Source of the DNA: Polyangia bacterium
Lineage (GTDB): Bacteria; Myxococcota_A; Polyangia; JAAYKL01
Assembly (NCBI GenBank): GCA_050287845.1
Contig: JBNKCR010000091.1
Span: 1-63,391 of the forward strand
Direction of reading: 5' to 3'
Length of the DNA: 63,391 nt
The notes under the pieces: model-generated
The model's input: only the letters and a program-made list of their open reading frames with translations
What the model was told of the DNA's origin: nothing
The model's database searches: none
Made by a program: the position numbers and the translations under genes
Shown here: positions 49,504-58,720 of the stretch, piece by piece
Layout: every line of letters begins with the position of its first letter
How positions within the stretch are numbered: position 1 is the stretch's first letter

Positions 49504-50031
49504 ATGAAAAAAAAAGAAATCAATGTATGTAGAGCTTTGGCAATAATTTCGACAGGGATTGTGGCAGCAGTAGGTGTATATGCCATTGTTATGCGGATAT
49601 CTTGGGGGAACTTGGGAGAGCAGGGACAGTTTGGCGATCAATTCGGAGCGATTAACGCATTGTTCTCGGGACTCGCTTTTGCCGTACTTATTGGCACGAT
49701 AATTCTTCAGGGAAGAGAACTGAAAGCACAGAGAAAAGAACTCAAATTAACGCGTCAAGAAATGAGACTTGCGCGTGTCGAATCAAAAAAATCGGCTGAG
49801 GCACAAGCTGAACTTGTCAATGCCCAGTTTCATTCGGCAAGAATTGGAGCGCTGTCAAGTCTGGTAGATGCTCAAATACCGTTTATTGAAAACGCCTTTG
49901 CAAAGGGGAAATTAAGTCCAAGCTCTTCCATGTACGGGAAAGATGCATCAGATAAATTGGAAAAATATTGCCAAATGATAGTTGAAGAAATCCGTTCCGC
50001 CAATTCAGTGGGTCGTGATCAAGAATTCTGA
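49504..50031 (+). CDS. Two-TM coiled-coil protein with the N-terminal signature of putative abortive-infection proteins
   Basis: GQFGDQFGAINALFSGLAF...TI.LQ..EL..QR.EL..TR.E. Confidence 0.7.
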   Translation: MKKKEINVCRALAIISTGIVAAVGVYAIVMRISWGNLGEQGQFGDQFGAINALFSGLAFAVLIGTIILQGRELKAQRKELKLTRQEMRLARVESKKSAEAQAELVNAQFHSARIGALSSLVDAQIPFIENAFAKGKLSPSSSMYGKDASDKLEKYCQMIVEEIRSANSVGRDQEF

Positions 50032-50074
50032 GATTAACCACCTGATCTTACCGGTCGCGCGCTTCTCTGAAATT

Positions 50075-51571
50075 TTACGCATCTTCAAATTCTTCATAGG
50101 TAATGTCCTCAAGTTTTGTTTTCCCCATTGTTGAAGCCACACCTGCGCCATACCAACAGAGTTTTTCTGCATTTTGGGAATAGTGAGCCCATGGCTCAGT
50201 CGCACATATCTGAGCACGTTCTTTCCGCAAGTAGGTATTGCAACATGTGAAAAACGGACATTGGTTTGCATCGCTTGCAATAGAAGGAAGAATACCGTCA
50301 TCGGAAAGATGACATTTGAGGTAATGAAGTTGAGCTTGCATAGGTCTCATTACAGTGGTAAGCGGAAATCCCTTGTCGCCACTCGCAACAAACAAAGCGT
50401 TTAGTGAGATAATGGCGTCCCGAGCAATCCTTTCAGGGTCAGTGTCCCTCTCAATTATTATGTCGCAGAAGGGAAGAGAAGCTATTAGCTTTTGATACTC
50501 ACCACTGAGGTCATTGGACAACAATGGAGTTATCTCAAATAGAAAATTTTTTTTCCGTGCGGTAATGCAATGTTCAAATATTTCGCCAACGGCACGAATT
50601 GCCAGCTCTCCTATTCCTCTTTCCGAATGCATTTCAATTATTCCAGGTATATCTTTTTGAATCACAATATTAAAAACATCGCCAATGTCTTCGGCGATTT
50701 TGTCCCTGCACTTGTCGAGCGCGTCTTCAATCGTATGTTCTCTGTTTATTAACTCTTGAATATAGATACACGCTAGATACAAACTCTCAGATGGGTTTTG
50801 AGTACATAAACTAGCCAAAGCAATACAGCAGAAATCACCATTCGAAAGGGTTGGAGTTATATACTTGGCGAGTAGTCTCAAGACTTTGTAAGGAAAAAAT
50901 GGTACATTCTCTTCATACTTTTTCAACTGTTCTGGCGCAGATTGCCGTATGATGTCTAACTCGATTTGATTCGCAACGAATTCTTCGATGGCAAGATTAC
51001 CTATGCAGAATTTTGTCGATTCCATTTCCGCATTCTCATACTTAACATCTAAACCTACTGTGAGTATAGGGACTACAATTGTCTTAGATTCGTCGGTCAG
51101 AAAGTCTCTGTATTCAAGAGTCGTTCCAGTGATAGCGATATCTTCAATTGTCTCATCCAATTCAAGCATTGGTATGCGGTCGCCCTCCCAAGCGTTATTT
51201 AATGCAACAAGATTTCGAACGGCATTCTTTTCTTCGAGGGACATGTGGACGTTGCCTAAACATATGGAATCGCCTTCGGAAGTGATCGGGATTGAAAATA
51301 AAGCAAGTAGTTTTTGATGCAAAATAAAAGATTTACATCCTGCCAGTGTAGAAAAATTATGTATAAAATGAACGTATTCGTGAACAAAATTGGCCAAATT
51401 CTCAGGCTCCAAGGAATCTTCAATTCCATCGAATTCATCAGTAAAAATGGAGTAGTCCTCGGCCAAGGCAATAAAGAGCTGGTTGGGAATGTATTCTCCG
51501 ATTTCACCTACAACTTGGTCCAAAGATAGCCGACTTGAATTGTTCCACCCTGTACACGGCGTCGACCTCAT
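50075..51571 (-). CDS. HEXXH zincin-like metallopeptidase with Cys-rich C-terminus
   Basis: FVHEYVHFIH, downstream IG..AIEE..A, PY; C-terminal CPFFTCC..C..PW..CWY; AGGAGG RBS. Confidence 0.7.
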   Translation of the reverse strand: MRSTPCTGWNNSSRLSLDQVVGEIGEYIPNQLFIALAEDYSIFTDEFDGIEDSLEPENLANFVHEYVHFIHNFSTLAGCKSFILHQKLLALFSIPITSEGDSICLGNVHMSLEEKNAVRNLVALNNAWEGDRIPMLELDETIEDIAITGTTLEYRDFLTDESKTIVVPILTVGLDVKYENAEMESTKFCIGNLAIEEFVANQIELDIIRQSAPEQLKKYEENVPFFPYKVLRLLAKYITPTLSNGDFCCIALASLCTQNPSESLYLACIYIQELINREHTIEDALDKCRDKIAEDIGDVFNIVIQKDIPGIIEMHSERGIGELAIRAVGEIFEHCITARKKNFLFEITPLLSNDLSGEYQKLIASLPFCDIIIERDTDPERIARDAIISLNALFVASGDKGFPLTTVMRPMQAQLHYLKCHLSDDGILPSIASDANQCPFFTCCNTYLRKERAQICATEPWAHYSQNAEKLCWYGAGVASTMGKTKLEDITYEEFEDA

Positions 51572-51756
51572 GGCTTCACCTCCTGTTTTGTTGAGTTGCA
51601 TTTTATTTTGTCGAAACTCCTATGTCCAGGTTTCATCATTTTTCCTGTTATACAAAATTTGAGTAATTTAAGTTCAAACTTAAAAAAATGATCCATTATT
51701 GCCGAAAATGTGCCATTATGGTCGGGAGTGGACTGTTTTGGAGAATGGATTGATGT

Positions 51757-52146
51757 ATGCGAAGAGAACCGGATGAGCAGCAGTTAAGGGCGCGGGAGGC
51801 GTTTGTGGAGGGGTTTTATGGGTTTGTGGTGGCGGAGATGGAGCGCCAGGGGGTGAGGCGGTCGGCGTTGGCGGAGCGGATGGGGTGTGCGCCTGCGAAT
51901 GTGACTCAGATATTGAAACAGAAGGCGAATTTGACGGTCGCGTCCATGGTGGACCTTGCGTATCACCTGGGGGCGAAGTTGGAGCTGGATGCGCTGGGGC
52001 CCGTGGGTGACGACGATTCTGAACAAGGGAAAAATGTCGTTGTGCAGAAAGATGCGTTTAGCTCGAAACGACAAACCGCGAAGAAACCGGCTCGCCCATG
52101 GAATCCCATAAAAGGAGGCAACCTCCTGACGAAGTTGGGGGCGTAA
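51757..52146 (+). CDS. XRE/HigA-like HTH antitoxin with C-terminal extension
   Basis: ME.QGV.RSALAERMG.....VTQIL...NLT..SM..LA..LG followed by about 45-aa tail. Confidence 0.8.
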   Translation: MRREPDEQQLRAREAFVEGFYGFVVAEMERQGVRRSALAERMGCAPANVTQILKQKANLTVASMVDLAYHLGAKLELDALGPVGDDDSEQGKNVVVQKDAFSSKRQTAKKPARPWNPIKGGNLLTKLGA

Positions 52147-52147
52147 G

Positions 52148-52639
52148 ATGGCAAGGAAGAAATCAAAGCCAACTCTGAATGATTTGGCCGCAACTATGGC
52201 GCAGTATGCTGAACTGCAGGACATCGTAATGGAAGAATGCAGTGCGCGCATCTTGGAGCCTCGGGAGAATTGGGAAGATATAGACGATTCGAATATTGAT
52301 GCGGTGACTACGACGACAACCGAAAGCGAATATGATTTAGATGACCAGCTGTTCTGGGTGACGGTAAACTGCGACGTCCTGTTTGTGAAGGACCTGGGCA
52401 AGCTGCTGAAGAAAAAGAAAGTGCTCTCCATCAAGGTCTCTTACGTATTGACGTACTCGTACAGCATTGAAGGCGGACCCTCTCCAAAGAAATTGAACGA
52501 CTACATTGCTGCTTTCGGCGGAATCAACGGTGTTTTAAACGCCTGGCCATACCTTCGGGAATTTGTGCAATCCACCACGACGCGAATGGGGCTGCCACCG
52601 TTTTTTCTTCCGTTGCACCGAATACAAGAGGACCAATGA
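52148..52639 (+). CDS. SecB-like chaperone
   Basis: I.V.Y...Y, F...NG..NAWPYLREFVQS.T.RMGLPP..LP. Confidence 0.85.
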   Translation: MARKKSKPTLNDLAATMAQYAELQDIVMEECSARILEPRENWEDIDDSNIDAVTTTTTESEYDLDDQLFWVTVNCDVLFVKDLGKLLKKKKVLSIKVSYVLTYSYSIEGGPSPKKLNDYIAAFGGINGVLNAWPYLREFVQSTTTRMGLPPFFLPLHRIQEDQ

Positions 52640-52669
52640 AATCGCTCAAATCAGGCAATTTTTCGAGTC

Positions 52670-52691
52670 AAGTGCCCCACGAGTGTCCCAT
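52670..52691 (+). repeat. Right copy of 22-bp inverted repeat
   Basis: AAGTGCCCCACGAGTGTCCCAT. Confidence 0.85.
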
Positions 52692-52827
52692 TGTGGGAAT
52701 GGTGGCAGAAAGCTTGATACCGCTAAAGGATATGCGCTCTTTGACCATCGGTTTAGTTATCCGATGGCGCTTAAAACAGCCATTTTTATCTTGTACTGAA
52801 ATGTCTTAAAAAAACAGGGAGACCACC

Positions 52828-54030
52828 ATGGCAACAATTGAACCTCGACGCTCCAAGGATGGAAAACTTTCATATCGTGTGATTATCCGTCTGAAAGGCC
52901 ATCCACGAGAAACTGCAACTTTTTCTCGTAGAACCGACGCAAAGCTTTGGGCGCAGAGAACAGAAAACGATATTCGCGAAGGGCGCTATTTTCCCTCGTC
53001 AGAAGGAAAACGGAAAACGGTTTCAAAAATGCTGGAGCGGTACCGACGGGATGTGTTGCCTCAAAAGAAGGAATCCACTTCGTCATCTCAGGCCATCCAT
53101 CTGGATTGGTGGGAGGGCGAGCTTGGGGATTACACTCTGGACAGGATAACAACGGCCTCGTTGGCCGAATATCGAGATAGACTGTTGACCGAACCCAATA
53201 CAAGGGGAAAGAAGCGTTCAAATGCCACTGTGGTGCGTTATATGGCGTCGCTGTCCCATGTGTTTTCAGTTGCCAGTAAAGAATGGCAGTGGTTGGATGA
53301 CAATCCTTTTCGGCGGGTCAGCAAACCAAAGGAGCCTCGGGGCAGAATCCGTTTTCTCAGTGATGTGGAACGCGTTAGCCTGCTTAAGGCATGCCGAAAT
53401 AGTCACAATAAGGATTTGTATTGCGCGGTGATAATCGCCATTTCCACGGGGTGCCGTCGCGGTGAGCTGCGAGGTTTGAAATGGTCACACGTGGATTTGG
53501 AGCGTGGCCTGCTTCTTTTTGACGATACCAAAAATGGTGAACGTCGAAGTGCGCCATTGGTGGGCCATGCCCTTGATGAAATGAAGGCCCGCGCCGAAAG
53601 GAAAAAGAAGGAAGAGGAGAAGAAGCGCCAGGAAGAATACGGCCACGGCAATATCCATAATTTGAGCGACGCGCGGAAAGTGGCTCAAGAGAGAAAGAGC
53701 AAAGAGGAGTATGTATTTCCAGGGCGGGTTCCTGGCAAACCCATCGACTTTACCCGTGCGTGGCGCAAGGCCCGTGCAGAAGCAGGCGTAGAAGACTTCC
53801 GATGGCATGACCTGAGGCACACTTGTGCATCATATCTTACCATGGATGGCGCCACCTCAGTTGAATTGGCAGAAGTGCTCGGCCACAAAACATTGGAGAT
53901 GGTGAAACGCTACTCGCACTTGAGCCAGGCACACACATCGCGTTTGGTTTCATCAATGACAAACAAAATCTTCGGGCAGGGGGGCGTCAATGAAGAAGAT
54001 TCCGAGAACGAAAGAACAGTTTGCGAATGA
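52828..54030 (+). CDS. Tyrosine integrase
   Basis: Arm domain YRV.IR.KG.P...ATF....DA..WA; TGCRRGE, TKNG, HDLRH, LGH......RY. Confidence 0.95.
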   Translation: MATIEPRRSKDGKLSYRVIIRLKGHPRETATFSRRTDAKLWAQRTENDIREGRYFPSSEGKRKTVSKMLERYRRDVLPQKKESTSSSQAIHLDWWEGELGDYTLDRITTASLAEYRDRLLTEPNTRGKKRSNATVVRYMASLSHVFSVASKEWQWLDDNPFRRVSKPKEPRGRIRFLSDVERVSLLKACRNSHNKDLYCAVIIAISTGCRRGELRGLKWSHVDLERGLLLFDDTKNGERRSAPLVGHALDEMKARAERKKKEEEKKRQEEYGHGNIHNLSDARKVAQERKSKEEYVFPGRVPGKPIDFTRAWRKARAEAGVEDFRWHDLRHTCASYLTMDGATSVELAEVLGHKTLEMVKRYSHLSQAHTSRLVSSMTNKIFGQGGVNEEDSENERTVCE

Positions 54031-54895
54031 GGTTGGTCAGTTGTTGTCGAAAGTCTATTTGGGGCGTATTTCTGAGAAATACCGATCCCACAAAGGAACG
54101 TTGGCCCCAGCTGCCAGTGATGTCACAGAATACCGAGTGATCTTTTTAGAAGAGTGTTTCAAATTGAAGCCCGAAATGCTTCATCGGATACGGAACGATA
54201 TTTTCCCGGTTAAACCAGATAGACCGTCCTCTCCTTCGCCATGGCATATTGAACGTTTAAAAAAACAGAAAGCAGAAGCATGCAAATCCGACCCGAGATT
54301 CAAAATCATTGGGATTCCAGAAGTTGAGCATCCTGAATATTTCGAGCAGCTCAAACGGTTGATGGAAGACTACAACCTCCCCGAGAATTGGATATGCACG
54401 TTTTTGCATAATTCGATTTTTAACTGGAATCCCGCCATTGACGACATAATGCCAATGCGTGCTGTCAGCAATCCCTCGAACGAGTTCTCCTTCGACAAGG
54501 AGGTGCTACAGGTGACATTGCCGGGTTTGGATTTGGTCGCAGATGCTGCTGTTAGCTCTGTTTATTGGGCTGACGACAGCCATGCATTCAACGCTGTTCG
54601 AAATTTCTTTTTCGAGGCCGCAAACAAGCTTTGTTTTTACTTCGATGACAGCATTGAGTATGCAAAGAGTAAAGGTATCGGTCCGCTGCCACGAAATCAT
54701 GGCACCATAAACGAGCGTATGCGTCATCTGGCAATGCGCGTGGTGAATCGCTGGAGTGCGCAACGGATTCTCACAGAGACTGAAAACATTACCAGCGACG
54801 TATACACAAAGGCTATGACCGACGAAATTTACGCATATACAAGCGATCTGGCTAAACTCATAGGAATCCAAATTCCTCGGGCCGTAGCAAAATGA
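53990..54895 (+). CDS. Hypothetical protein between integrase and xis-like gene
   Basis: 301-codon ORF overlapping the integrase end; no motif recognised. Confidence 0.65.
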   Translation: MKKIPRTKEQFANEVGQLLSKVYLGRISEKYRSHKGTLAPAASDVTEYRVIFLEECFKLKPEMLHRIRNDIFPVKPDRPSSPSPWHIERLKKQKAEACKSDPRFKIIGIPEVEHPEYFEQLKRLMEDYNLPENWICTFLHNSIFNWNPAIDDIMPMRAVSNPSNEFSFDKEVLQVTLPGLDLVADAAVSSVYWADDSHAFNAVRNFFFEAANKLCFYFDDSIEYAKSKGIGPLPRNHGTINERMRHLAMRVVNRWSAQRILTETENITSDVYTKAMTDEIYAYTSDLAKLIGIQIPRAVAK

Positions 54896-55031
54896 GAATC
54901 CTGTATTTTTCTGAACGGTGATACCCGGTACGAGTTTTCGCTTGCCGTGCCGGGTATTCGCTCCCGCAACAATCTCCCATAATCGTCGCCTGTGCACATT
55001 TTCTAAAAACATGCAGCGAAAGGACGCAATT

Positions 55032-55265
55032 ATGGACAATCCTCTCAATCACTTTATCACTGTCGACCAATTTTGCAGTCGGTACCCATGGCCCAGTAAA
55101 TCCGGGTTACGGTGGCTGATTTTCAACGCCAAAGAAAAGGGCATTGCAAATTGCTTCATCCGCGTGAACCGACGCGTGCTCATTGATGAACGCGCATTCC
55201 TGGCATGGCTGGAAAAACATCGGGGGATGTCTGCAAAACCATACCGACATCATGCAGAGCAGTGA
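55032..55265 (+). CDS. Excisionase-like small DNA-binding protein
   Basis: TV.QF...YPWPS..GLRWLIFN....G....F.RV.RRVLIDE..F..W; AAGGA RBS. Confidence 0.8.
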   Translation: MDNPLNHFITVDQFCSRYPWPSKSGLRWLIFNAKEKGIANCFIRVNRRVLIDERAFLAWLEKHRGMSAKPYRHHAEQ

Positions 55266-56155
55266 CACTCCAGCGCCGTCGAAAAACGTTTCGAGAACGT
55301 ATCCAGGTCACGAATGGGAGACCGGAGTGGAAAGATCAGCCTGCGAAGAAGGTGTTTGTGAACCAATTGATCACCCACCTGAACAAGTGTGATCTTGCAT
55401 GGCCCAAAACTGAAACCCTTGCGAAGGAATGTGGAATCAGCAGGGGTTATTTGGGCACTTTGTCTAAGGAACTTGAAGCTGAAGGCAGGTTGATCCGACG
55501 AAAATTCATCAAAGGCGAATTACTCCCTAATCCTGACCCGGCGAAGCAATACCCGGCGTCGCCAGGGCAGTATCTTTACTATGCCACTCCAAAAATGTTC
55601 GATGAAGCGCCGAATCCAGACGGCGTTCCCTTAGCAATTTTTAAACCATTTTACGGCGGCAATGCATGTTCACTCAGTAAACATCATTCAAGTATCAAAA
55701 CGTGTTCACCCAGTGTAACTACCATTGTTGACTCAGTCACCAGGTCATGTTCACTCAGTCAACGTCCTCTACAAGAACAAATAAAGAACAAACAAAAAGA
55801 ACAATTTGATGCCGGTTCTGCAGAGTTGACAGAGATAAAAAGCAAGGTTGATAACATGGCCAAAATGTTCACCCGGAACGATCCTTTTGACCCGTCTGTT
55901 TTCCAAAAAGTAATAAACGATGCAATCGCGAACGGCATTGAACTTCCCAAAGACCTGAGCATGAGGACGCAACAGCTGGAAAACCGGAAACTGATTAGCC
56001 GCAATGACAACGAAATGATTCTTTCAATCCATTGGAAGGCGATGACTTCAGTCAAAGACCTGGTGGACAACCATGAACCGATCACGGGCAAGGAAAAGAA
56101 CTATTTGGACCAGATTATTCATGGGGTTGCCAGCAATAAAAAGCTTTGTGAATAA
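55262..56155 (+). CDS. HTH replication initiator (lambda O/DnaD-like organisation)
   Basis: AWP..ETLAKECG.SR......KELE..G.L.R wHTH; internal iterons; GTGA overlap with the upstream stop. Confidence 0.7.
   Translation: MTLQRRRKTFRERIQVTNGRPEWKDQPAKKVFVNQLITHLNKCDLAWPKTETLAKECGISRGYLGTLSKELEAEGRLIRRKFIKGELLPNPDPAKQYPASPGQYLYYATPKMFDEAPNPDGVPLAIFKPFYGGNACSLSKHHSSIKTCSPSVTTIVDSVTRSCSLSQRPLQEQIKNKQKEQFDAGSAELTEIKSKVDNMAKMFTRNDPFDPSVFQKVINDAIANGIELPKDLSMRTQQLENRKLISRNDNEMILSIHWKAMTSVKDLVDNHEPITGKEKNYLDQIIHGVASNKKLCE
55667..55805 (+). repeat. Putative replication origin: four 12-bp iterons plus A-rich triple repeat
   Basis: TGTTSACYCAGT at 55667, 55703, 55726, 55748; AAGAACAA three times in about 55773-55805. 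Confidence 0.8.
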
Positions 56156-56411
56156 AACGCTGTTTGAACTGCGATACTGACATTTTAATAGGGCCTATTT
56201 GGTATTTCCGGGGCCCGTGTTGCAGTTGTCTTCAAACTGCTTTTTCCCGGATTGTTCACGGCTTGCGAGGGGCTTTGTTTTGAATAATGCGATGATATTA
56301 TTAGAGAAAACAGAAGTATGTGACTTTGTTATAGTGCCCTGATTTGCGCACCTTTTTGGGATTGGTTGGGAGCTGGTTTTTAATCGGAAAGATGACCTTC
56401 AAGGCGGGAAG

Positions 56412-56500
56412 AGCGTCGCGACAACCGCCACTGACCCTCGGGGTGCTGAAGGTGGCGAATCCCAGGGAATGCGGCGACAGGATGCTATCAGAGCTTTGAT
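56412..56500 (+). ncRNA. Candidate structured cis-element/ncRNA upstream of the methyltransferase
   Basis: Nested pairings AGCGTC/GATGCT, CGCCAC/GTGGCG, ACCC/GGGT; GC-rich patch in AT-rich intergenic DNA. Confidence 0.35.
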
Positions 56501-56863
56501 TTCTTGCGGAGGAAGTCTTGGTAAGCAAATACCGTATGGAAAAAATACGGTATTTGTACGCAACATGATGGTTCTTGCTTCTGGGTTGGCGGCTCCCGTT
56601 AGTAGTTTTCGTTGAGGTGGGTATGTTTTGTGTTTGACGGAATGTTTTGCGTTTGAGGGAATATGAGTGATTCTTCCGCCTTCTTTATTCTCGATATATG
56701 ATTTTGTGTCGGAATTGGATAGCAATTGCGTGGCATACATTTGTATGGTATTCAGTGGTAGTATGTTGAATTGAATTATTTGGGCAAGGTGCTTTTTTCA
56801 ACTTTTCAGTATGTTTTACTGAAAATTCGTCTAGTATACTTATACTGTATTTGAGGTTGCAAA

Positions 56864-58009
56864 ATGAAAGGTTTTAGTTTGCAAACTAATTTAGCGATAG
56901 ATACCCAACGCGTTCGAGTTTCATCAGCTCGATATGCCGCTGCAGAATTTTTTGCCGGCGTTGGTTTAGTCCGACTTGGCTTGGAACAAGCCAATATTGA
57001 TGTGGTGTTTGCAACCGACATCGACAACACCAAGTTTAAATCATATTCCGCCAATTTTGGCGCCGACGACTTTTGTTTAGCGGATGTTCGAAATATTACT
57101 GGTTCTGATATTCCAGATGTCCAGATCGCAACGGCATCGTTCCCATGTACGGATTTGTCCCTGGCGGGAAAGCGCGCCGGTTTAAAAGGCGAGCATTCGG
57201 GAATGTTTTGGGAGTTTGCACGGGTGATTGGCGAGATGGGGGCGCGCAAACCGAAGGCGTTGTTGCTGGAGAACGTTCCCGGTTTTGCGAGTTCGCACGA
57301 GGGTAAAGATCTGTATGACGCAATTGCCAGGCTCAACCAGCTTGGCTACAGTTGTGATTTGCTGGTCGTTGATGCAAAGAATTTTGTACCGCAGAGCCGA
57401 CAACGACTATTTATCATTGCTTCTCAAAACAAACCCGGTGAAATTGGCGATTGGTCGCCTTCGAATATTCGTCCAGCCTGGATTGCTGAGTTTGTTGAAC
57501 GCCATCCAGAATTGGACTTAACGCCAGCGAAACTGCCGCAGCTGCATAACGAAAGAGTTTCATTTTGCGATGTAGCTGAGCGCTTGTCACACAACAACAA
57601 AGCGTGGTGGTCCCAAACCCGGATTGAGGCGTTCATGAATAGCCTTTCTTCATTACAGCGGACACGGCTTGAACAGCGCATTGAAGCGTCCAAACTTTCC
57701 TGGGCCACTGCTTATCGCAGAACGAGGAATGGCAGCGCAGTATGGGAAATCCGCGCCGATGATATCGCCGGATGTTTGAGAACGCCTCGCGGCGGTTCGA
57801 GCAAACAGGCAGTTGTGGAAGCAGGGCGAGGCAACATCCGCGTTCGATGGATGACAGCCCGTGAATATGCCAGTCTCCAGGGGGCGCCCGAATTCAAATT
57901 GCATGCCGTCACCGAAACCCAGGCGAAATTTGCAATGGGTGACGCTGTGTGCGTTCCAGTGATTGGCTGGATTATGCAGGAATACTGTCCTCTAATAGGT
58001 TTGGAGTAA
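56864..58009 (+). CDS. dcm: DNA (cytosine-5)-methyltransferase
   Basis: EFFAGVG (I), SFPC.DLS.AG (IV), LENV (VI), PQSR.R.F (VIII), RE...LQG (IX), GDAV (X). Confidence 0.95.
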   Translation: MKGFSLQTNLAIDTQRVRVSSARYAAAEFFAGVGLVRLGLEQANIDVVFATDIDNTKFKSYSANFGADDFCLADVRNITGSDIPDVQIATASFPCTDLSLAGKRAGLKGEHSGMFWEFARVIGEMGARKPKALLLENVPGFASSHEGKDLYDAIARLNQLGYSCDLLVVDAKNFVPQSRQRLFIIASQNKPGEIGDWSPSNIRPAWIAEFVERHPELDLTPAKLPQLHNERVSFCDVAERLSHNNKAWWSQTRIEAFMNSLSSLQRTRLEQRIEASKLSWATAYRRTRNGSAVWEIRADDIAGCLRTPRGGSSKQAVVEAGRGNIRVRWMTAREYASLQGAPEFKLHAVTETQAKFAMGDAVCVPVIGWIMQEYCPLIGLE

Positions 58010-58017
58010 GGTTTTAT

Positions 58018-58665
58018 ATGTCTCCAGTTAAGTTGGACCCGCCAATCGAGGTTAAACGAATCCGCGATGAGTTGAAGGCTTTGATGATCCAGAAAGATTC
58101 ATCCGGGAAGAACGTTGGCTCGGCAAAGTGCGGTATATACGCTTTTTTCGATTATGACGGCGAACCCATTTACGTCGGCCAAACATATGAAGGGTTGAGT
58201 TCACGCGTTGGCAGGCACCTCACAGGCCAAAGAAGCGATGCTGTTGCCAAGCATGTCCTTGACCCCTTCGAAGTCTGCGATGTTGAAGTCTGGCCGTTTT
58301 GGGGACTTGAAAAGCTTCCGATTGAGGAGCGCAAAGAGCGGTTGAATGCAGCTGAATTCACCGTGTTCCAATTATTGATAAAAAAATCGTATTTCGGGGC
58401 GATATTAAATGAAGGCAATGTTGTTGAGCTGCCCAAAGTGAAATTGCCTGAATCAACGCGACGCCGAATTATTCCAGATGATATTTACGAAAGGCGCAAA
58501 CATTCCGATTTGAGGATTGCCCGGCGCGCCAATACAATCGCCAATCTTGCCCAGGTTATCAGTGAACGGGAAGTGAATCAGGGGTTGAGACAGGTGCTGC
58601 ACACGCAAGCCCAACGCCTTGAACATCTTGCCAAACAGCGCCTCGACGAAACCAACGACGAGTAG
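58018..58665 (+). CDS. GIY-YIG endonuclease, probable cognate restriction enzyme
   Basis: GIYAF......YVGQ....L..R...H, AAE, LN; operonic with dcm. Confidence 0.85.
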   Translation: MSPVKLDPPIEVKRIRDELKALMIQKDSSGKNVGSAKCGIYAFFDYDGEPIYVGQTYEGLSSRVGRHLTGQRSDAVAKHVLDPFEVCDVEVWPFWGLEKLPIEERKERLNAAEFTVFQLLIKKSYFGAILNEGNVVELPKVKLPESTRRRIIPDDIYERRKHSDLRIARRANTIANLAQVISEREVNQGLRQVLHTQAQRLEHLAKQRLDETNDE

Positions 58666-58720
58666 CCCTTCGCTCCAAACAGGTTGACAGCCTCTCTTCT
58701 GTTTTTCAAACTGTTACGCA

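Noticed and set aside
51602..51756. Small toxin ORF upstream of the HTH-SecB pair
   Set aside because: Only ORFs of about 20 codons or fewer, with no toxin motif
56333..56342. AGTGCCCTGA as a third arm site of integrase 2
   Set aside because: Single partial copy, not a doublet; compatible with chance
56400..56500. SAH, TPP or cobalamin riboswitch
   Set aside because: Only short partial resemblances; the conserved cores (GCCAGGCUC, CUGAGA, B12 box) are missing
56399..56740. 113-aa minus-strand ORF as a gene
   Set aside because: No RBS or recognisable motif; overlaps a strongly paired segment better explained as non-coding
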